Shown: positions 58,976 through 64,000 of the stretch, in pieces | How positions within the stretch are numbered: the first letter of the stretch is position 1 | How the letters are laid out: the number at the start of each line of letters is the position of its first letter | Source of the DNA: Naegleria gruberi | Taxonomy: Eukaryota | Length of the DNA stretch: 64,000 nt | Assembly: GCA_000004985.1 (NCBI GenBank) | Contig: GG738857.1 | Reading direction: 5' to 3' (one strand) | Position numbers and translations under genes: made by a program | The notes under the pieces: generated by a model | Database searches by the model: none | The model's input: the letters and a program-made list of their open reading frames with translations, nothing else | What the model was told of the DNA's origin: nothing

Positions 58976-61670
58976 TTAATAATTTGTACATCCATTTTCC
59001 TTCATGTACTTTTCTGCATCAAGTCTAGAAGTAAATGATTTAAATTTTGCTCCTTGAAATTGATCAACTTGAATTTTACATTCGTCCCACGTATTAAATA
59101 TACCTGTTCTTCTACCAATACAAACACAATATAATTTACCACTCTTTGACATTCCACTACTTCCACTTCCACTTCCACTACTACCATAACTTTTAGATGT
59201 ATTACTGTTACTGTTGGATGTTATTGCTCTTCCAGGATTAAGTTTTGATTTTTTCATAATTTGTGAATGATAAGATGTTCCACTCTGAGTAGAATTTGAA
59301 TCATTTTTACGTTTCTTTGTATTTCCACCACCACTTGTAAAATCTGATAAATCTAAATTTTGTAAAGTTTCTTCAAATATTTTTCTTCTCTTTTCAAAAG
59401 ATTCTTCATTCTTTTTTAATAAATTTTCAATAAATAAATCTTTTGAACTTGTATCTTGTGCTGAATATTGTTCTTGTTTTTTAAGTTTGTTATAAAAATC
59501 AATTGCTTCTCTATTTATATGTCTAGTTAAATTATATGAATTAAAATTTGTAACTTTTAAATATTTCATTGTTTTTGCACGTGATAATGCAACATAGATT
59601 TGACCTGGACTAAACACTGTTGATAAATCAATTACACATTTTTGTAATGTTAATCCTTGTGTTTTATGTACTGTCATGGCTATTATTATTAAATTTAAAA
59701 ATATAAAATATTAAATATTAAATATTAATATAAATTAAATATTAATATAAAAATATTAAATTATTAAATATTAAATTAAAAAACATACCATAAGCTAATT
59801 TTAAAGGAATTTGAATTCTAACACCTTTAGATTTTTTTGGACCATCTGTTTCAAAAATGGTAGGATGTACAATTTTAATAATTTTAATTTCCTTTCCATT
59901 TTCTTCTCTTGTAAAAACCACTTTTGGAAATAATTCACCATTTTCATTAATATATTGTTCAGCATATTGTTTAATATTCTTATTTGAACTTTGTAAATCA
60001 CTTGGTGTTTGTTTAATAAAACCAATAATTTCACCTCTTGTTCCATTCACTAATTGATTTGTAAAATCATTTTTAATTATCATTACTTGTGCTCCAATAC
60101 GTAAATTAATTTCCTGTGATGCATTAGATGAATTAAAATTTGTTAATATAGCACTTTTAATATATTCTTTAATAGTTGGATGATCTACTTTTGGATCATA
60201 ATCTCCATATGAAAAAAATGTTTGATCTCTATAAGTATATTGTGGTGGTGATAATTTTAATAATTCTGTATCATTCACTGTATCTACATTCTTATTTAAT
60301 GTATGAATAACTGTTGCCTTTTCAATTCCATCAAATTTATTATTTTCTAATCTTTTTAATGTTTGTACTATATTATTATTAGTTTGACAACATCTAATAG
60401 AATTTAATATTGATATCCATTCTTTTTCTTCCTGTCTAAATACATTACTCAATTCAAATGTATATTTAATTGTACGTTCCCAACATGTAGCTTTAAAACA
60501 CATTTCCTTTTTTTGATAAATAGTTTCACCATGTTCATTTTTAAATGATTTACTAACAGGTGGTAACTATAAATATATTTGATAGATTTTGAATAGATAT
60601 TGTAGTAGAATTATTATTATTAGATTAGATTAATGTGAATATGAATATTATATTTTGAGATTAAATTGAATGGTATTAGATTTGATTGGTGTGAATATGA
60701 TTGAAAATCATTAAAAAAAACAAACCTGTAAGAAATCACCACATAAAATAACTTGAATTCCACCAAATGCAGGTAATTGTTTCATAATAACTTCTTTAGG
60801 TGCTCTAGATGCAGCAATTTCAAAGAAACATCTAATTTCAGTTGCAATTGATTCTAATTGATCAAAATATTGACCATCAATCATTGAAATTTCATCAACA
60901 ATTAAAACATCAACACTTCTCCATTCTTTTTCATTTCTCCAAGCTGTTTTACTATCAACTTTACCATTATCCAATGTTCTAATACCTGCAAATGAGCTAA
61001 TTAATTTTTAAATAAAGTATTACAATATAATTACAATGTTAAATATAAGTATACTATAATAATTAGAAATATTTACATACTGTATAGTTGATCCACCAAT
61101 ATTAACAGCAGAAATACCAGTTGAAGCAGTCACCACAACTTTCTTTTGTTGAACATTTGATAAAGTTTGAATAATACATTCTAATAAGAAACTTTTACCA
61201 GTTCCAGCAACACCTGTAATAAAAACTGAATGTCCTTCCATTACACATTTCAAAACATTCATTTGTTCATCACTTAATTTTGATAACAAGCCTTGATAGG
61301 TATCACATTGATTTAAATCAAAACTAGCTAATTCGGGAAATATTGTTGAAGGTAATTCTTGTTGTTTACTTTTCAATTTCATATCATTTGCAAATGATGT
61401 AATTGATCCGAGTGTTTTTGGAGGTGCTTTAGTTGTTGTTGCTGTTGATGTTGTTGTACTATTACTAACACCAGTACTAAAGGAAGGCTTTTTAGATGCT
61501 GAAGCTTTCTTAATTTTAGGTGGTGCACCTCCTCCGGAAGAAGGCATTGATCTTGGTTTTGGCTTTGCATTTGCAGGTACAAATACTACTCCATTCTTTT
61601 CTAACATTATGATGATGAATTTGTGTTCAAAGCCTTTGTTGAATGTTTGAAGGCTTTTTTTTTGATTCAA
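58976..61670 (-). CDS. Pif1-family 5'-3' DNA helicase with C-terminal RNase-H-type hybrid-binding (Cauli_VI/HBD) domain, 4 exons
   Basis: Exons (minus) ~61081-61670, 60726-60996, 59789-60566, 58976-59679. Introns have gtatgt/gtttgt donors and ...ttag acceptors, phase-checked. Helicase motifs: I FITGVAGTGKSFLL; Ia TASTGISAVNIGGSTI(H)SFAGI (split by intron); II DVLIVDEISM; III ILCGDFLQ|LPPV (split by intron); IV/V GAQVMIIKN...LVNGTRGEI; C-terminal PLKLAY|AMTVHKTQGLTL...YVALSRAK. Last ~50 aa KLYCVCIGRRTGIFNTWDECKIQVDQFQGAKFKSFTSRLDAEKYMKE match the RNase H1 N-terminal hybrid-binding domain consensus. N-terminal Met uncertain. Confidence 0.75.
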
Positions 61671-62226
61671 AGTGTTTTTAACGTTCTATTAAAAATTAGA
61701 ACATTTTGGCGGGTTGAACGATTCTTGAACTAAGACACTTCTCAATAGAATTTATTAACAGGTAACAATGTCGAAATAACTTTATGATTAAGGGCATCCT
61801 GCTAACTCCCACTGATTTAAAAAGTCAGACGAAATTCACTAAAGTGGTAGTAGCATTGAATAATAATAAATAATTTAATTTTAAAATTGTAAAACGAAAT
61901 GATTATTATTCAATAATATCTTCACTGTTGGAGCACAATTTCCAATAATAATGCGATCATCAATGTCATTGTCATTTCCTTTCACATCATAATCACAAAA
62001 AAATCACTGATTCAAATCTATTCAATTAGCCTTTGTATTTGACTCTACTATTGTTGTTTCTCTGATTTTAACGTTTGATTCTCTCCAACTCACCTCTATT
62101 GGAGCCTTCATAACTTATAATACTCAACAGCGCTCTCTTTCACGAAATATCACAACACCTCATCAATAATAATTCATTGAAAAAAAACAATTCTATTGTA
62201 TCATATATATATTGTAGAGCAAAGAG

Positions 62227-63675
62227 ATGAATAACCGATTACTTGATGATGATCATGACGATGATAATGATTCACTCCTTACACCTGGATTAAATCAACA
62301 ACAACAACAACAACAAGCCTTCAGTAAGTCAACAAATCCAAACTCAACTAGTAGTTTACACGACCGATATGATGATGATGATGATATTTCTGGTGATGAA
62401 TATTTACCTCATAATTCACTATTATTGAATAATCAAAAAGACTCCAATACAACACAAGCCTCTAAAACAAATAAGAAATGGTGGAATTTAAAAAAGGATC
62501 GTAAATCACACGTCGTTTGTTGGATGATGATTTTAGGATCTGGATTATTATTGACTTCTATTGGTATCGTTTCAATGGTTTTATTAGTCATTTACTCTCC
62601 AACTCCAAAGGAAATGTATGTTTTCATATCGTTTTGATATATTTAAATAATAATATTATTTTTTACTTCAATATTTTTTATTCAATTAAATGAATGAAAA
62701 AATTTTGTAATAATTTTAATAATAATTTTAATAATAATTTAAAAATAGTTTGAATGGTACAAGTCCAATTAGTGAAAAACAATGGAAAGAAATAGTATTA
62801 GAAACATTTGGAGTAGTGAGTGGATTTGTTATTGGTATTGGAATAGTTTTATCAGTTACACNNNNNNNNNNNNNNNNNNNNNNNNNNNNNNNNNNNNNNN
62901 NNNNNNNNNNNNNNNNNNNNNNNNNNNNNNNNNNNNNNNNNNNNNNNNNNNNNNNNNNNNNNNNNNNNNNNNNNNNNNNNNNNNNNNNNNNNNNNNNNNN
63001 NNNNNNNNNNNNNNNNNNNNNNGCACAATTGTCATCTCAATTGAATCACAACAAGAAACAGCAAGTCAAGCTCAAAGAGAAGTTGGTACTAAATCAACTT
63101 CAGTGATTGCTGTATTGAAGAATATTAATTTTGTAACAAAATTAAGAACTGCCTCTATTACATTATATCCAATTTATCCATCAACATTGAATCCATCTGT
63201 TACAATACCATATAATGAAAGTATGAGAATTGTTGGATATAAATCATCTAATACTATTTCATTCACAGTTACAAGTTTAACAATTATTGGTGAAGTATTG
63301 GATAAATTAATTGAATTGGGTGTAACACAAATATCAAGTATTAATATGCAAGCAAATGAAACAGCTGTTAATAATGCACGTGAACAAGCTCTTTCATTGG
63401 CTGTACAAGATGCTAAATCTAAAATTGAAAAAGTTGTTGCAACATTGAATCCTGATTTAACCATTGAAACTATTAGAAGTAGAATGTATACCTATGATGT
63501 TAATATTGATAGTGTTAATAGACCAATTCCAATCGCATTCCCTTATTTTGCTCAAGGTGCTTCATATAGAATGGATGCTGCTCAATCACAATCTGTTCCA
63601 GTAGTAGGTGGTGATCAGACTATTGATTCATATGTTACTGTAAAGATGGTTTTTAGACAACAACAACAACAATAG
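62227..63675 (+). CDS. SIMPL/DUF541-domain protein with N-terminal TM segment, 2 exons, interrupted by assembly gap
   Basis: Exon 1 62227-62615 (acidic/poly-Q N-terminus, TM helix MMILGSGLLLTSIGIVSMVLLVIY, donor gtatgt), exon 2 from 62749. The 160-N gap at 62863-63022 lies inside it. C-terminal region ...SQAQREVGTKSTSVIAVLKNINF...NNAREQALSLAVQDAKSKIEKVV...SQSVPVVGGDQTIDSYVTVKMVF resembles the DUF541/SIMPL fold. Confidence 0.55.
62863..63022. other. Assembly gap (160 N)
   Basis: Run of N inside the predicted CDS. Confidence 1.
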
Positions 63676-64000
63676 AATATTTGAATTATGATTCCTTATT
63701 GATTTTTTTGAGATTAATTTGAAAGACCTTTTTGTATTTTTTAATAATAAATTGCGAAACTTTTTTGTCAAGTTTTTGGAAGAAATTTCTGACAAGCCTC
63801 TTGTGAAGATAACTTGAAAGGCTTTGTTCTTCGAGCAAAAAATAGAATATCACCACTCAAAAAAATACCTAAGTGATCCACCTAGTGATTCACCCCAACA
63901 ACTGTAAATAACAATCATTCCGAATCAAAGCCTTTGTACAATATGTCCCGTAAAACAACCTCTCAAGAAGAAAAGCTCGACATTGTTGTTGACTTTTTCC

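Noticed and set aside
59680-59788. AT-rich segment with repeated atattaaat units; considered as transposon end or TIR
   Set aside because: Bounded by a gtatgt donor and ...aataatag acceptor in phase, and splits the conserved Pif1 motif LKLAY|AMTVHKTQG. It is an intron.
1-64000. Prokaryotic reading (operons, CRISPR arrays, defence islands)
   Set aside because: The sequence has spliceosomal introns with gtaagt donors, eukaryotic tRNA and 5S genes, poly-N/Q proteins and eukaryote-only families (BBS1, F-box, villin headpiece). No direct-repeat/spacer array is present.
1-64000. Assignment to Dictyostelium discoideum itself
   Set aside because: GC (~30%) is higher than D. discoideum. A chromosomal 5S gene and a BBS1 orthologue are not expected there. 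Lineage is left as an AT-rich amoebozoan-like protist with a ciliated stage.

Overview
AT-rich (~30% GC) eukaryotic nuclear DNA, not prokaryotic. Genes are densely packed on both strands with short canonical GT..AG introns of about 45-160 nt and A-rich start contexts. Coding regions are full of poly-Asn, poly-Gln and poly-Ser tracts. Three dispersed RNA polymerase III (Pol III) genes are present: tRNA-Ser, 5S rRNA and tRNA-Glu. There are two assembly gaps (N runs at 22622-22671 and 62863-63022). The style is amoebozoan and Dictyostelium-like, including a villidin-like coronin/gelsolin/villin-headpiece gene and many F-box proteins. A clear BBS1 (BBSome) orthologue argues the source organism builds cilia or flagella, so it is probably not a dictyostelid proper; species assignment is left open. 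I call about 30 protein-coding genes. Recognisable ones are a PLC-delta-like phospholipase, a cytochrome P450, a MATE transporter, BBS1, an RCC1-repeat protein, a DUF4116-repeat protein, two FAD-monooxygenase-fold genes, a Pif1 helicase and a SIMPL/DUF541 protein. Unusual domain architectures include an ankyrin-pseudokinase-PARP gene, a BTB-Arf GTPase fusion, a tandem pair of HSPA12-like atypical Hsp70 ATPases (the second spliced onto a vWA domain), Pif1 with a C-terminal RNase-H-type hybrid-binding domain, and a three-member coiled-coil family that flanks the PARP gene. No mobile element or CRISPR array was identified. All coordinates were counted by hand and may be off by 1-3 nt; intron positions come from GT/AG signals, phase compatibility and conserved motifs.
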